The translations under genes were made by a program, and so were the position numbers. Below, piece after piece: positions 1-13,200 of a DNA stretch of 64,000 nt. The stretch is from contig NW_027117340.1 of the NCBI RefSeq assembly GCF_038025025.1, positions 1,488,001-1,552,000 on the forward strand. Reading direction: 5' to 3'. Source of the DNA: Phyllosticta citribraziliensis (Eukaryota). Under the pieces are notes generated by a model. The model did not search any database. It was not told the DNA's origin and saw only the letters and a list, made by a program, of their open reading frames with translations. How positions within the stretch are numbered: the first letter of the stretch is position 1; every line of letters begins with the position of its first letter.

Positions 1-1380
1 CTGCAGCTGCGCCTTGATATACTTGCCCGACTGATAGGCGTTTCGTCCGTAAACGCGATCCTCGCGATCGCGACCCTTGAACAAAGCCCCAGCTATTCTC
101 TGGATGCCCAGTGGTGAGATGACGCCCCAACCCCACAAGATGAATCCGCGGCTTGCAGACCCGATGCGGTGCAGCAAATCTTCGTGCATCGGATCTACCA
201 TCATGATGCCCGTGACTTCGCGCAAGTGTCGTGACGAAAAGATGCGGCTCGTGATGCTGCCGATGCCGGCCGAGACTAGGATCCAGGGGCCCTCTTCACC
301 TGCACGAGCTAAAGCCTCGGACAGCGCGTCTGCAGACATGCCAGCCGAATGTGGAGATGGGGCATTGTCTGACCAAGCGTAGCCCGGACGATCCCAGTAA
401 CAGAAGCGAGAGATGGTGTTGTTTTGCCGGGCGCTGTAGAGCCAGTGCTCAAAGTTGTATTCGCTGGGATGCTCCCCGGCTTCGAGCAAGATGGTTGGGT
501 TCTTGCGCTCATTTGTATAAGTCACATTGCCGACGCATGACAAATGGACTGCGTACTTGTCGCCATCGACTAGATAGCGCTCACCAGGCATTTCGAGTGT
601 AGCATCGCGGGCGCGAATGATGAGCGTCGCAGTCATCAAAATGGCAATGATGACGTAGATGGCCAGGATGATGGTCGAGACAAAGACAGCGAACCACTCG
701 CGAAGCGAGCGCCGTGACTCTGGTCTCCCAGTGAGACGTTCTTCTTCTTCCGCCTTGCCCCACGCAACAACTCTGTCGGCGATGACGCACCAGATGGCGA
801 CCACGACGGCCCAGACCACGGACGCAATGCCGACCCAGCCCTCCTCGAGACGGATGCGCTTCGCGGCCAGTATGAGAATCATGTCGGCAAGGAGTATCAG
901 GGCTATCAGGGCGGCCGATGTGCGCATGGCGGCCGAAGGTGTAGCGAAGAATAGGAGTGCGACCAAAAGGTTTCCCAAGGTAAGGGTTGTGTAGGAAAAG
1001 TCAAAGAAGCCGGAACCGCGCGAGTGCAAGCCCGGGGGCGAGACGAAGATTGACACCAACAGAAGCACCCACCATAGGAAGGTAACGACGAGGATTAGGA
1101 CGGTCAGGTAGCGAGTGAAACGAACGCTCCATAGGTTGTAGGGCGAGACCTGGGCGTGTGTCAGAAACGATCTTGTTACATGAGAGCGGAAACTTGCAGC
1201 AGGATCGTTGGGGTCCAAGTAGCCATCAGCATGCCGCTGGCGCTGCGAGCCCAGAAGTCGTGTATTCTCATCTGGCTCGCGCGACTCGTAGGATGGTCGC
1301 GAAGATTGGCCATGGGTGGCATCGGACGGCTCATTGTTGTCGTCGTCGTCGTCGCGCTTGGTTCCCCAGAGCGAGACCAT
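1..1380 (-). CDS. Multi-pass membrane protein with C-terminal alpha/beta-hydrolase-like domain (DUF2417/YNL115C-like); 3' end runs off the window
   Basis: Manual translation from ATG at 1380: MVSLWGTKR...GYLDPNDPA, intron 1197-1150 (GC-AG), then VSPYNLWSVRF, several hydrophobic helices, PTILLEAGE...FCYWDRPGYAWSDNAPSPHSAGMSADALSEAL...GPWILVSAGIG. Open to base 1 with no stop, so the ORF track misses it. Confidence 0.8.
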   Translation of the reverse strand, partial: MVSLWGTKRDDDDDNNEPSDATHGQSSRPSYESREPDENTRLLGSQRQRHADGYLDPNDPAASFRSHVTRSFLTHAQVSPYNLWSVRFTRYLTVLILVVTFLWWVLLLVSIFVSPPGLHSRGSGFFDFSYTTLTLGNLLVALLFFATPSAAMRTSAALIALILLADMILILAAKRIRLEEGWVGIASVVWAVVVAIWCVIADRVVAWGKAEEEERLTGRPESRRSLREWFAVFVSTIILAIYVIIAILMTATLIIRARDATLEMPGERYLVDGDKYAVHLSCVGNVTYTNERKNPTILLEAGEHPSEYNFEHWLYSARQNNTISRFCYWDRPGYAWSDNAPSPHSAGMSADALSEALARAGEEGPWILVSAGIGSITSRIFSSRHLREVTGIMMVDPMHEDLLHRIGSASRGFILWGWGVISPLGIQRIAGALFKGRDREDRVYGRNAYQSGKYIKAQLQ

Positions 1381-2269
1381 GGCGGCTCAAGTTGAGAGAA
1401 GGCTTGAGCAGAGTTGGGTGGGGGAGACGAGGAGAATAGAAGTGGATGGATATTTCCAAGATCCGGATTGTGATGGAAAAGTGGTGGTGGACGGGATGGG
1501 ATTGCACAGCAGCAGGGAAGCTGACAAGGCCTGGACTCTGTCACAACGTCATGGCTGCAGAGGCCCCAAGCCACAAGCAGCCTGGCGGCGCCATTGATTG
1601 TTCGCGTGCGGTGCGTCGGGAATGAAAGACGATGATGGTGTCGAGCAGCTGAGCACGACCAACGCGTGGGTCGCCATCGCCATCCCTGCGCCCATCGTCT
1701 TCTCCGCATTCTGCCCGTCGAGTGCCACCCCCTGCTCAGCACCCCACTGCAAGGATGCCCTCCGCCCTCCAGTCTACAACTCACCAACGACAACAAACCG
1801 CCCAACCCCCAGGCCTGCTGACGGCATTGCCTCTCACCGCATCCCCAGTCGAAAAAGCCACCGGGACGCCTCGTAGATAGCCTCCCGCTCTGCGTCAGCC
1901 CGCCAGGCCAATCGTTGTCCTCGTCCAAGACCATGAGCCCGCGAGCGCATCATCTACGACATACACTCTGTAACCCCATTGCCAAGTCCACCCTCTCCAG
2001 CCAAGCCTCACCGTCGTGTCAAACGCCAAAACGATGAAGCTCCAGCTAATATGGCTTGTTGAAGATAGCCGGTCTTGGAGCTTGGCTCGCAGACCTGGCC
2101 ATGCTGGTTGTCCCGGAGCAATATAAACAATGTTCCCTAGACGCCGTCTTTTTGTCAAGCGACGGTGCCTCTCTAGGGTGGTTTGTTCTAGACGTGCCAA
2201 GTCCTTGTGCTGCATGTCGTATTTTCTCTTTCCCATCAGTCTTTCCCATTGTCTCGTCAGTCTCCTAGA

Positions 2270-4162
2270 ATGATTCAAGACCAGACATCAAACACCTTGT
2301 CCTGGAGCCCTGACAGAACGCTCCCGAGTCTAGTACTTTCTTCGTCTCTATCTTCACAAAGCACTTCGGGGCCATCGTCGACCAGAAGCAGGCAAGCTCG
2401 CAGAGACTCGAGGCCGCAATTGCAAGCCTCGTCGTCTAGTCCCACGCCTTCGACGCCTCCAACGACGTATCCGCCATCAAGCGATGCTTCGAGCTCTACA
2501 GACTCGTTCAAGACGGCCGATTCGCTACCATCACCAGCCGCTCCATCTCCTGCCTCGACTACCATATCACATGCATCTACATCTCCTGAATCCCAATCGC
2601 CCTCGCAGGCCGACCCACCTTCCGGGAGAAACAACCTCCTAGGTTCAAGCTTAAATCTCAACAAACCCCTTCCCATCCTCCCGCCACCCTCACGGCCACC
2701 ATCCAGTTACGGCTACGGACCTTTTGTAGCAGAAACAGCACCGCCGCCGCCAGCCTACACACCCTTTGATCCTCACGCCCTCCTCTTTCACATATCCTTC
2801 CCCTATATCTACGCCAGCAGCAATGACGCCTCGTCGGCACCAACTCCTCGCTACCAAGTCTCCCTCTCGCACACTCGAGCCGGCCGGCCGCACCAACTGG
2901 CGCTGCGACGGCTGACAAGAAGCGAGAGCAGGCGCGTCGCGTTTGCCAGTGACGGCAGCAGCACCTCTCCAACCGCTTCGACGTCAGCGCTGGTTCCGTT
3001 CGACAACGACCTGACGCTGTACACGGCGACGTACTACTCACCGCGCGCCGCAGTGCCCGAGATACGTGGGTGCAAAGCGTCGACTGTGGCGGGACGACTC
3101 GTGCCGAGCCCCGCGTCCCCTTTTGCCTTGGCAGCGGGACGCAGCTGGAAGGGCAGAGGGGCGAGCTGGGAGCTGTGTCGGTTGACGCGAGAGAAGACGG
3201 ACGGTGGCGGGGAAAGAGATGGTCGGTGGGAGTTTCGAGAAAAAGAGGCATGGAGGCGCGATGTCGTGTTTGCGGCAACGGAAAGGATGGAGAAGGAGAA
3301 GAAGAAGGGGGTGTCAGGGGGAGGTCGTGAGCAAGAGGAAGAATACCGCCGAGTCAGGCGTAAAGGAAGTCTGGGGATGAGTTTGCGGCGGGGATTGGGG
3401 ATGGCGACCGCTCCAGCGACTACGACAACGATGAGAATTGCCGCCGCCGGGGAGCAGCATTGCCGCTACGACAGCAATGAAGATGCGATCGAGGACGCCG
3501 AAGAGCCCTCGCAGACGCGCCGCCATCACCACGGCATCTTCGAATGGCGCGCGGGCACCGTATCGCTCTCCTCGCCATCTCCTCCATCCCCATCCCAGTC
3601 TTCAACCATGGCCACGACCCCCGTAGCACCCAGCCAACTGGTCGCCACCTCTGGAGCCATCACCACTACGAAGACGATCCCGATCAACTTCCCCGTGCAT
3701 GCGGCAACGGCGCCGCCCGCTACCTCAGCCAACGAGCCACGAAGCGCCGGGATCGACGCTGATGTGGAAGCGCAGGGTAGCAGCAGGAGGAGGGCGGGTA
3801 CGACAAGCACCGCGACGATGACCGGGACCAGGATGGGGATGGGCATGATGAGGCGCCGGCCTAGCAGCACGGCCCTAGCCCTCCGCCGCGTTGCGAGTCG
3901 CGTCAGTCTGCGGACAACAGACAACATCGTTGACGACACTGCCACAGACCCAGACGCTCCTTCTTCAACGCCATTTATGAAAAGGGAGAGAGAAAGGGGC
4001 CGACAGCGGAAGATGCACCAGACGTCGACGAGGCGTTGGTTGCGTCTCGAGCGGCCATTGGAGCGGCGGGCGCTGGATGCGCTGGTTATGGCGTGGGTTG
4101 TCAGTGCGTGGATGGATATGGATGGGCAAGGCCCGGGGTTGGGAGAGGACGGGAGCGATTGA
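2270..4162 (+). CDS. Hypothetical protein, Ser/Pro/Thr-rich and low complexity (~630 aa)
   Basis: Long uninterrupted ORF, first ATG at 2270. Globular-looking blocks (PPAYTPF...PRYQVS...LALRRL; GIFEWR; RRWLRLERPLERRALDALVMAWVVSAW) are separated by low-complexity inserts. Confidence 0.65.
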   Translation: MIQDQTSNTLSWSPDRTLPSLVLSSSLSSQSTSGPSSTRSRQARRDSRPQLQASSSSPTPSTPPTTYPPSSDASSSTDSFKTADSLPSPAAPSPASTTISHASTSPESQSPSQADPPSGRNNLLGSSLNLNKPLPILPPPSRPPSSYGYGPFVAETAPPPPAYTPFDPHALLFHISFPYIYASSNDASSAPTPRYQVSLSHTRAGRPHQLALRRLTRSESRRVAFASDGSSTSPTASTSALVPFDNDLTLYTATYYSPRAAVPEIRGCKASTVAGRLVPSPASPFALAAGRSWKGRGASWELCRLTREKTDGGGERDGRWEFREKEAWRRDVVFAATERMEKEKKKGVSGGGREQEEEYRRVRRKGSLGMSLRRGLGMATAPATTTTMRIAAAGEQHCRYDSNEDAIEDAEEPSQTRRHHHGIFEWRAGTVSLSSPSPPSPSQSSTMATTPVAPSQLVATSGAITTTKTIPINFPVHAATAPPATSANEPRSAGIDADVEAQGSSRRRAGTTSTATMTGTRMGMGMMRRRPSSTALALRRVASRVSLRTTDNIVDDTATDPDAPSSTPFMKRERERGRQRKMHQTSTRRWLRLERPLERRALDALVMAWVVSAWMDMDGQGPGLGEDGSD

Positions 4163-4522
4163 GTGTGATTGAGAGACTGATGGATAAAGGGAAAGCAGGC
4201 GGACTGCTTGCATGGATATGATACCCGGTTGTTGTTTGTCAGTCATATGGCCATTCACTCACGTAGGTATGAAAATGGTACCACTTTGGCGCTAACCGGC
4301 GTCGTGTCTGCAAACGCAGGACAAATTTGCGGTTTGGACAATGCTCAAAACTTTTCGATCTCCACCATGGTACTGTAGCATTCCATGCTTTTTCAACCCG
4401 ACCGGAAAGAACAGGGAATGATGCAGCCCAAAATAACGAAACCATACAGGGGTATCACAATGCGCCAGAGCTCCTCCCACGTTATACCTCGATCATTCCT
4501 TGCGCTGTTCCAGCCCACAGAC

Positions 4523-5464
4523 TCAAAGCTCCAGCAGATTGACGGTGGTAGAACGGGTTGGAGGACGCTGGAAGATGTCGTCCTGGGTGATGGGCCGATC
4601 TCCATTATTAATGACGACTGCTTCGCGCCTCACACGCCGCCGGGCAACCTCCTCGGACCTGTCGCGGCGCCGGCGAGCCGACACGGTCAGGTTGCGCGTA
4701 ATTCGCGCGTGCTGGTCCAACAGAGCGCCATCCCAATTGTCATTGTCTTCGTCGTCATCTTCATCGTCGTCGAGCTCCTCGGGCGCGGGCGCGTTGCGGG
4801 GCAGCAACGGAAACGTGAGCTGGACCGACGTCGAATCGTCCGCTTCCGCGGCGGCGTCGCGGTCGCGGTCCTCAACAAAGGGATAGCGCGACGAGGGCTG
4901 CATTTCCCAGCGGCCGTGCTCGTCTGGCTCGGATGGCAGCACCTCCCACAGCTGGCGCGCCTGGTGCACGGCTTCTTGGTGGCGGACGTGCTGGCGCTGG
5001 CCGCGGGCGTCCCACTCTTCGAGGTCGACGCCGTGGGTTTCGCGGATCATGGTTATGGCGAGCTCGGCGGCGCGCTGGTGCGGCGTGCCCGGTGGCTGGC
5101 GGGCGTCGTTGAGGAGGGCGCGGATGTTGGCCGTGTCGCTGAGGAAGCGGTTCGTGAGGATGACGATGGCGGCTTTGCGGACTTCGAGGTTTTGATGTGT
5201 TGTGGCTAGCATTCCAAGTGAGGAGAGGGGAATATCTAGTAGGGGCTATGTCAGCGGACTGGTAGGGTATTGGTGGTCCGGTGTGTTGATACCTTCTTCT
5301 GTGCCTTGCGAAACAGCGTGAGGCGGGTCAGGATCTTCTGCGACCTCGGTGTCGCGGTAAATGGTGTGCAGCCCAAAACTGACGCCCCGCACGACAAGTG
5401 CGATGCCCACGCCCAGGCCGAGCATCAGCATGGCGTCGGCCATGCGAGGGCTGAGAGAGGACAT
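4523..5464 (-). CDS. Hypothetical fungal protein with N-terminal transmembrane helix and acidic patch
   Basis: ATG at 5464 (MSSLSPRMADAMLMLGLGVGIALVVRG...QGTEE). Intron 5292-5236 (GTATCA...CTGAC...TAG) joins in frame to DIPLSSLGMLATTHQNLEVRKAAIVIL of ORF 4523..5212. Confidence 0.65.
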
Positions 5465-6730
5465 GTTGGGGTGTTGAAAAAGCGAGCCTTGGTCCAGGCG
5501 GCGCGGTTTGGGATCATGACGTTTAAGCAGTGGTCTGTGCGGAATAGGGCTGAGCAAGGATTGGCGCGGGGCTCGCGGGGACCTATTCCTTGCGCTCCAT
5601 CCGATGTTGGACAGCAGCCCTGGAACTAGGCAGTTTTGCATTTGCACGATGATTGGTCGTAAGTCTATATCTCTCTCAGTTCAGTCCTGCTCAAAATTCC
5701 TCACATGCACAGGAAGAACACGACGATAACGACATCGAAGCGCTACAGGGATGTGGACAAGTCATGCCAGGTCAGATCATGAGCGACACGTCGAATGCCT
5801 ATTCAGGAGGAGGATGGACCCTTGTGTATCATGGCACAATCAGAGTATCCCGCTGCATTTGCCATGTTGTTCTAGATGGAGGCTGGAGGTTTTTATCAAA
5901 CCAAAAAACCACTACAAAGGACGCGCAATTCGACGCAGGGACGAAATACCCATGTAGCGGTACGTACCCCCAAATATAGCGGCCGTTGATGATGAGCGAC
6001 TCGACACTGGTCTTGCGCTCGGTTCATCGGATGGCACAACAGATGGTCAGGTACAGACGGCGGATGCAGCCCAACGGATCAAATTAGGTTTCCTAGTACG
6101 AGGGCTAGTTCCTGGATCCAGAGGCGGGGAGGGCGTCAAGGCGAAGGATGCCGTGGGTCGGCCTCAGCAATCTGTCGGACTTTAGACTGACGCCTCAAAC
6201 GATTGTGGCCAGGAGTCGAGGTTGGAAAAGTGTTGAATGACAGAGGAATGCCGCGCTCGGGCGGAACATGTTACAGCGGGCTTGTCGACGGCGATGGGAA
6301 ATGAATCTCTCCCTTCCTGCCCCTTGGCCTGAGCGTGTGGCACGTCGCTCGGCGGCTTGTGTAGTGAGGTGTATTCGTGGCAATCCAACCCTTGGGTTAG
6401 GTCGGTCGTCGGCTTTGACATATGTATGGATGGGTCGGTTGGCTGGTTGGTTGGTTTAGCCGGATGATTGCGTGAGCAGACCGACGAAACCTCCGGAATC
6501 GCCAAAACTAAATCCTGGCCGCTGCCCTATCGATACCCCGAACCATCAACATTCGCCTTTCGCCCACGGTTCCCGCCCCAACATCACACTCATCATCTGC
6601 TCATGAGTGTGCCTTGAGCTCTCCCCTCTGCGACCCGTCTTAAATAAACCACGTCTTCGCCACTGCGCCTCTCTGCCGTACCGACTCTTTGCGCCATCGC
6701 CTTCGCCCTCGCTGCGTGCGCGCGACAGCC

Positions 6731-8551
6731 ATGGGCCTCTCCAAGACGAACAGGATTTTGATCCTGCTCGCCATTGACTCGGCCTTCTTTCTGCTTGAGC
6801 TGATCGTCGGTACGTTTGGTCTTTGGCCCCTCGACAGCAGCGACTGACCCTCTACAGGCTATGCTGTGCACTCGCTGGCGCTGGTGGCGGATGCTTTTCA
6901 CATGGTCGGTTACACCGAGACGTTGCGCCGCCGTGACATCACACTAATTCTGCGCAGCTCAACGATGTCCTCTCTTTGTGCGTAGGACTATGGGCCGTCC
7001 GGGTCGCAAACTCCAAGACAAGGTCTCGCATGTATACTTACGGCGTAAGAAGTTTGTGTGCCTCGTAACCGCCGTCGGCTAACTGTGCCCCAGTTCCAAC
7101 GCGCCGAAACCTTGGGAGCCCTCGTCAACGGCGTTTTCCTCGTCGCCCTCTGCCTTTCGATCTTCCTCGAAGCCATTCAGCGATTCGTCGAGCCCCAGGA
7201 GGTTTCCAACCCCAAGCTCATCCTCATCGTCGGTTCCTTTGGTCTCGCCTCCAACATTATCGGTCTCTTCCTGTTCCACGACCATGGTCACAGCCATGGC
7301 GGCCACAGCCACGGAGGACATGCCCATTCACATAGTCACGACGAGCTCAGCGCGGCCGAGGAAGGACATGGACACACACACGATCCCGTCACCGACGAGA
7401 GCGGCAACGTCGCGGACGTTCTTCCTCAAAACAAGATTGGCAACTGGCCTCAGAGCAAGAACATGAAGAGGAATTCTGCTGAAGTTGAGGATGGTTCCTC
7501 GTCCACAAGCCACCAGTATCGCCGCCACAGTCGCTCAAGGTCCAGGGTGGACGACTTCCCCATCCATCCCGCTTTGTTCCGCAACGAGATCATCAATGCT
7601 GCGCGCAGGGATGACAGTGATTCTGAGGATGCTGTCGACGAGGACGGCAACCCCAGCGAGAATTCGCCGCTGTTGAACAAAGACCCCAAGCGTCACAGTC
7701 GCCATTCCCACCGCCGCTCTCAGGACGTGCACGCTAGCCACAACCACGCAAAGCCCAAGGATTCGGGCTCTGGTGGACATGGCCACTCTCATGAAGATCT
7801 CAACATGAAGGGCGTCTTTCTCCACGTCTTGGGCGATGCGCTTGGAAACGTCGGCGTCATTGCATCTGCGCTCATCATTTGGTTGACCCCATTCTCATGG
7901 CGCTTCTACTCGGATCCAGCCATCTCGCTCATCATCACCGTCATCATCTTGTGCTCTGCGATCCCTCTCTGCAAGGCTGCGTCGCGCATTCTGCTCCAAG
8001 CTGCTCCTTCGTCCATCAATGTTGAAGATATCCAGGATGACATTGTTCAGCTCCCCGGCATCATCAGCTGTCACCACTTGCACGTCTGGCAGCTCAGCGA
8101 CACCAAGCTCGTCGCTTCTCTCCACGTCCAGGTCGAATTCGACTTCAAGGGCCAGGGATCTGCACGCTACATGGAACTGGCTCGTGCCATTAGGAAGTGT
8201 CTCCACGAGTATGGCATCCACAGCTCTACCATCCAGCCCGAGTTCTGTCTCAACGAAGAGCACGACCACATTGGCCGCGACGGATCCGGCGACGACAGCT
8301 CCTGCGACGGCGACCGCAATGGCCATGCCAAGTCAGCTCCCATCACCAAGCAGACCAGCGCCACGGGTAGTCTCCGCGGCGGCCAGGGCAGTAAGGATGA
8401 TCCAGAGGCCTGCTGTCTGCTGGACTGTGGGGATGCCTGCGGCGACGGCAAACAATGCTGCCCTCCCAAGACGCCACCAGCAGAGGGATCTCAAGACTCG
8501 TGCACCACACAGAATGGCAATGGACACAGTGCCAATGGCCACAGGCACTAA
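6731..8551 (+). CDS. ZRC1: Cation diffusion facilitator (CDF) zinc/cobalt transporter, Zrc1/Cot1-like
   Basis: ATG at 6731; introns 6810-6857, 6905-6957 and 7045-7093. Motifs SLALVADAFHMLND, RAETLGALVNGVFL, His-rich loops, LNMKGVFLHVLGDALGN, HHLHVWQL, HSSTIQPEF and a Cys-rich tail. Confidence 0.93.
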
Positions 8552-9016
8552 ATTTTCAAATCCGCTGTCCAGGACCGCAATCAATCAAAAAAGAATTTCC
8601 TTTGCGGTTAGCTGCGCTGTCGATTGCGAAGATTCCTGTACCATCACACATCACCCAAACGAAAAAATACCTGCCCGGCTACCGCGGCAGCATCGCCGCA
8701 CCGGAGCCCCCCGAACATGACCACTAGGCCTACTGCCTACCCTTTTCCTATCGGCGTTGTCTTTAAACGGATGCTTTCCAATATGCTCGTCTTGGGCCCC
8801 GCGCCCCATTTCCTATCTCTCTTTTCTTTTCTTTTGCTCTGTGGAACGGTAATAATGCTGCTTCTAGACACCCAGGCCTTTTCCTAGTCCCTCTTTAGTA
8901 TCCCTGTGCTTCACAGCCGTTGACTGTGCTGCCACTCAGTACATGTCACTGCAGAAACAGTAGTGCATCCCACACTCCCTTTTGATCCGTTATTGTACTA
9001 TACCGGATTGTATTGC

Positions 9017-9102
9017 ACGTATGCATGTACGTATGTACGCATGTATGCGTCACACACACACACACTCTCTCTCTCTCTCTTTTCTTTCTCTCTCTCTCTC
9101 TC
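9017..9102. repeat. Compound microsatellite: imperfect GTAY-type repeat, (CA)n, then (CT)n
   Basis: Reads gtatgcatgtacgtatgtacgcatgtatgcg, cacacacacacacac, tctctctc... in the convergent region between the CDF and myosin genes. Confidence 0.85.
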
Positions 9103-10204
9103 TGCCTTTTGTCTGCCTTACTTAATTGTCCCAGCTCCTATTCCCCAAAGCACCTTTTAAACCTTGTTATACTCCCCCTTTTCCTCTCTTGTTGTACTGT
9201 TTCCGTACACGGTGTGTCTCTACAGTCGATGATGATGTTGTTGTTGCGCGAGCAGTGGCAGTAGCAGCGAGAGAAGCGAGAGGCGAGGCGGCGGAAGTGG
9301 ACCGAGAAAAAGCGCAAATTATATGAGTTGAGTAGCTGTGGGCGTTGTTGGCGATGGTGCGTATGGATGAAGCAACGAGTTGAAATCGAGTCGATCTGAA
9401 TTGAATTGAATTGAAGTCCAGCATGTATGCCTGCCTGCCTGCCTGTCTATCTACCTGCACCTTGTTCTGTCGCCAACTGTGTCGCTTTCCCCATCAAAAG
9501 GTCTTGGAAATACTGGTTGCCAGGTAGAGAAACGAGTCTAGCCGCGAAAGACTTCTCGCCCAATCCTTGCTTTCATCAAGGCCCAAAGCTGGGCGACAAT
9601 GGTTGTGACACAGAATTTTGAGTCTCCAAGCTCCCACACTGAGTGGCCCAGCTCGTGATTTTCTCCTTGGGAATGCTCTCAACAGCGAAGTATTCACGCA
9701 ATGCTCGGTTGCATCTCTCAATTCTTGATTACCAATTTACCATCTCACTCGTCCCTGCTAATCACATCGAGTGCCGTCTAAGCCCAAATACCGACCTTAC
9801 CTGCCTGACTGCCTCTGCGTACATGCTAATAACTCAACCCTCCCCCTTTGCAGCCTTGTCGACCAGAGCCGAGCTGGTATTTGCCTGCCTGTCTGTCTAC
9901 CAGCGTAGCAGCAGCGCCTTGGGGCAGCCAACCAGCCAAGCAAACAAGCAAACACCCGCCCTCCATCGACCATCGATCAGACCACCTTCCTCACGACCCA
10001 GTGCCGCGCACGCGTGCCACGGCACGACATGGTAGCCTCGCTCTCGCTCGCTATCGCAGAAAAGAGGAAGCGAAGAAGAACAAAAGAGGAAAAGCTGACA
10101 GAACCAAAGATCAAAAGACGGGAAAACTCTTCCGTGCCTACTATCCATTTCCCCTTCCCCTATGCTCGAATCGCGCACCGTAATTTCACACGACTGCTCC
10201 AAAC

Positions 10205-13200
10205 CTACCAATCATTGTCATCTCCATCCGCACCCTTGCGCATCGCCGCCTGTCTCGCCCTCAACGCCTCAGCCAAACCGCCCGCCATGCTGCCTCCACC
10301 ACCACTACCAGCACTCACGCCGCTATCCCTCGGCTGCGCAGGCGCAGGGGGAGGCGCCGGTTTGCCCTTTGCGGCGGGCCGCTTGGCCGGGGGAGCGGGA
10401 GGAACGGGTTTGCCTTTTGCTTTTGCGGCAGCGGCGGAAGCGGTGCCGTTGGCCGCGTTGCCGTTGGTTGGGGTCGGCACAGCGCGCGCGGGTGCAGCGG
10501 GCGGAGGGGGCGGCGGCGCCGGTCTGGCCGCGGATACGTGCTCTTCGAGGTAGGCCGACGGCGCCCAGCCTTGAGCGCTGTTGTCGAGGCGTTTGGCCAG
10601 CCACCAGCCTGTTTGATTGACAAGTTAGTTTCTTTCTTCCTGTCTTTTGCGGGGAGGTTAGGACACCGTTTGGGAGACCAGACTTACCATTGTTCTCTTT
10701 TTGTAGCACCAGCACAACTTCGTCCTTTGAGACGCTGAGTTCGCCGCTGGTCTGGCCGTTGAAGTCGTATAGCGCCTTGTACGTGGGTTCTTTTGGCGCG
10801 GAGGGTGGAGCAGGGGGCGGCGGAGGAGGCGGCGGGGCCCTTGACGCCGAAGAGTCTGGACGTGCTGCCGGGGCGGCACCATTGGAAAGAGCTGCGACGG
10901 GTTGGGGTTGAGGGACGGGCCGCCTGGAAGCTGCGGCTGCTGCAGCTGGTGCTGGTGCTGGAGCAGGAGTCGGCTTGGGACGATTGGCCAGCTTCGAGGG
11001 ACCGCCGCCAGGACCACCGGGGCGCAGTAGTTTGCCCTTTGTAATGGGCTTGGCTGCTATTTGCTTGCCCTTTGGCGTGGGCTTCGAGACTGAGTTGGGG
11101 GCTTCGCCAGGGCTGGTGTGGATCGTGCTGCTCTTGTAAACGTCCAGGTAGTACGGAACCTGAGGATCCTTTTGCGTCTTGACCGAAACGATCTTGCCAG
11201 GCTTTTTGTTGTAGTCAACCGTGGGGCCAATTTTGAGATCAAAAGTGCCGCGGGTCGCGTTTTTCAGATGTGTGAAAAATTCCGTCTTGAAGTAGCAGTG
11301 AAGTAGAGGGTCGGGTTCTTGAGGAGAACCGACACCCAGCGAGAACCAGTCATCCTTCAAGTTGGAACAGCTGACAAATTTGATAGCCCCGAGACCTATC
11401 GTACGATCAGCGACGATCTGGACCTGCTTGTTGATCATGGCCTGCTTGATGAGGTAGACGCTGTTCCTAGTCAACACCAAGGACCGCGGCTCAGGTTTAC
11501 TCGAGCGCCCGAGCTTCGAAATCAGGACCTCAGCCCTGCAAGAGAACAAGACATCTCCGTTCTTGATTCCGACGCTGTTGGCAATGTACGCTCCAGGCCC
11601 ACTGTCGCTGTTCATGTAGAGATAGTCGCCCAGGAATCGGCGGTAGCCGACCAAGCTATAACGCCGCCTCTCCTTGCGGCCGCCGAGGATTTGGTGACCC
11701 TGGTCTCGCCACTCGATGAACTCTTTGCCGCCGGTAAGCTTCCTCCAGAAGCGCTGGATACGAATGGCACATTCGGTTCGGTAGCGGAGGTAGTTGCGCC
11801 ATGCTCGTTGGATCCTGATGGCCATGTTGTGCCAATAGCGATCGCGCATCGTCTCCAACGCAAAGAGAGTCTCGGGGGTCTTGATAAAGACCTTTGTGAC
11901 TCCCATCTGCCACTCCTCGGGAGGAATGTTGGTGTCTTTCAAAATTTGTCGAGCTCCAGTCTGATAGTCGCCCGTCCATGTGTATTCACCGGCATAAGAC
12001 AGCCTGGGAGATAGCAGGAAGAAACGCTCAACAAACTTTTCAAACGTTTGACGCGAAGCAAAACCAGCCCGACGAATTCGGACGTTTTCTTGAAGACCGA
12101 GGTACTTGATTTGATGGAGAACGTTTCCAACATTGTATTCAGAAGGAGACTTGTTTTCATTCGGCTTGATCGTGCGAATGTACGATGGCGATGCTTTCAT
12201 TAGTGTAGCGACAAGGTCATTGGCAGAGGCCTTGATCTTGTCACCAGCCGTAGGCGGCCGGCGCTTGTTGTCCTGGTCGACTTGGTGCGGGAAAATAGTG
12301 TGGAGGAACTGGTTCTGACTGACCGCCACCAGGTTCAACAGATCCTTGAGCAGCTGATCCTTGTTCTTGTCCGTCATGCCCTGGACGGCGTATTCGACGT
12401 CTCCGGCATAGTGCTTGACGATAAACTGCCCCTGGCGAGCCTGGAAATTGGGATTCGACGCGAGGGCATTTAGACGCTGGACAAAAGTATTGTCGGCTGC
12501 GGTAGGGTCTGCGTGGGCTGTGGCGCAAGCATCGTTGAGAGCGGCAAAGACACCAGGGGGCCTCTTTTCTTCAATCAATTCACAGACAACCTTGTTATCA
12601 AAGTACTTGATAGGTGTCCACTGAATCTGCTCCCTGGCGTATTCCTCTTGTTCCGTCTTCAACGTCAACTGAATGAAAATCTGCTGCAGCTTTTCATTCA
12701 CATAGTTGATGCACAGCTGCTCAAAGCTGTTGCGCTCAAAGATTTCAAATCCGTAAATGTCCAGAATACCAACAGACTGGGCGTGTCCACCACGAGCCTT
12801 GAGCGACTGGTTCACTCTCAAGACAATCCAGTCGAACATGTTGTAGTAAATGGCCTTGGCGAGTGCATCCCGGACCGCGCTAGCCTGCGCTCTGTTTAGC
12901 GGGACGTCATACACCGAGCCTCGCCGACCACCCCTGCTAGTTTCCATCACTCTTTCTGTCAAAGCCTTGTTGACATGGGCCGACTCGACTTCCAGGAGAT
13001 AGGCGACGAAATCGACGACGGATTGGTCCGATATCGCCGCGTTGCCCTCGTCGTTTTCGATGAAGGTAATGTTGCCGAGCCATAGCACGGCCGACAGCAT
13101 GCGAAAAAGGTTATCTTGCTCGTCTTGCGTCATACCGACAGTGCGCATCGCACTGAGCACTTCTTGGAAATCCCCGAGGTCGTCGATGCCATCGACATCG

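Noticed and set aside
4385..5209. Long antisense or alternative-frame ORFs over real genes (also 35512-36153, 43600-44403, 51046-51936, 58760-59452, 61018-61929)
   Set aside because: These are shadow ORFs expected from high GC at third codon positions, and none has an independent motif.
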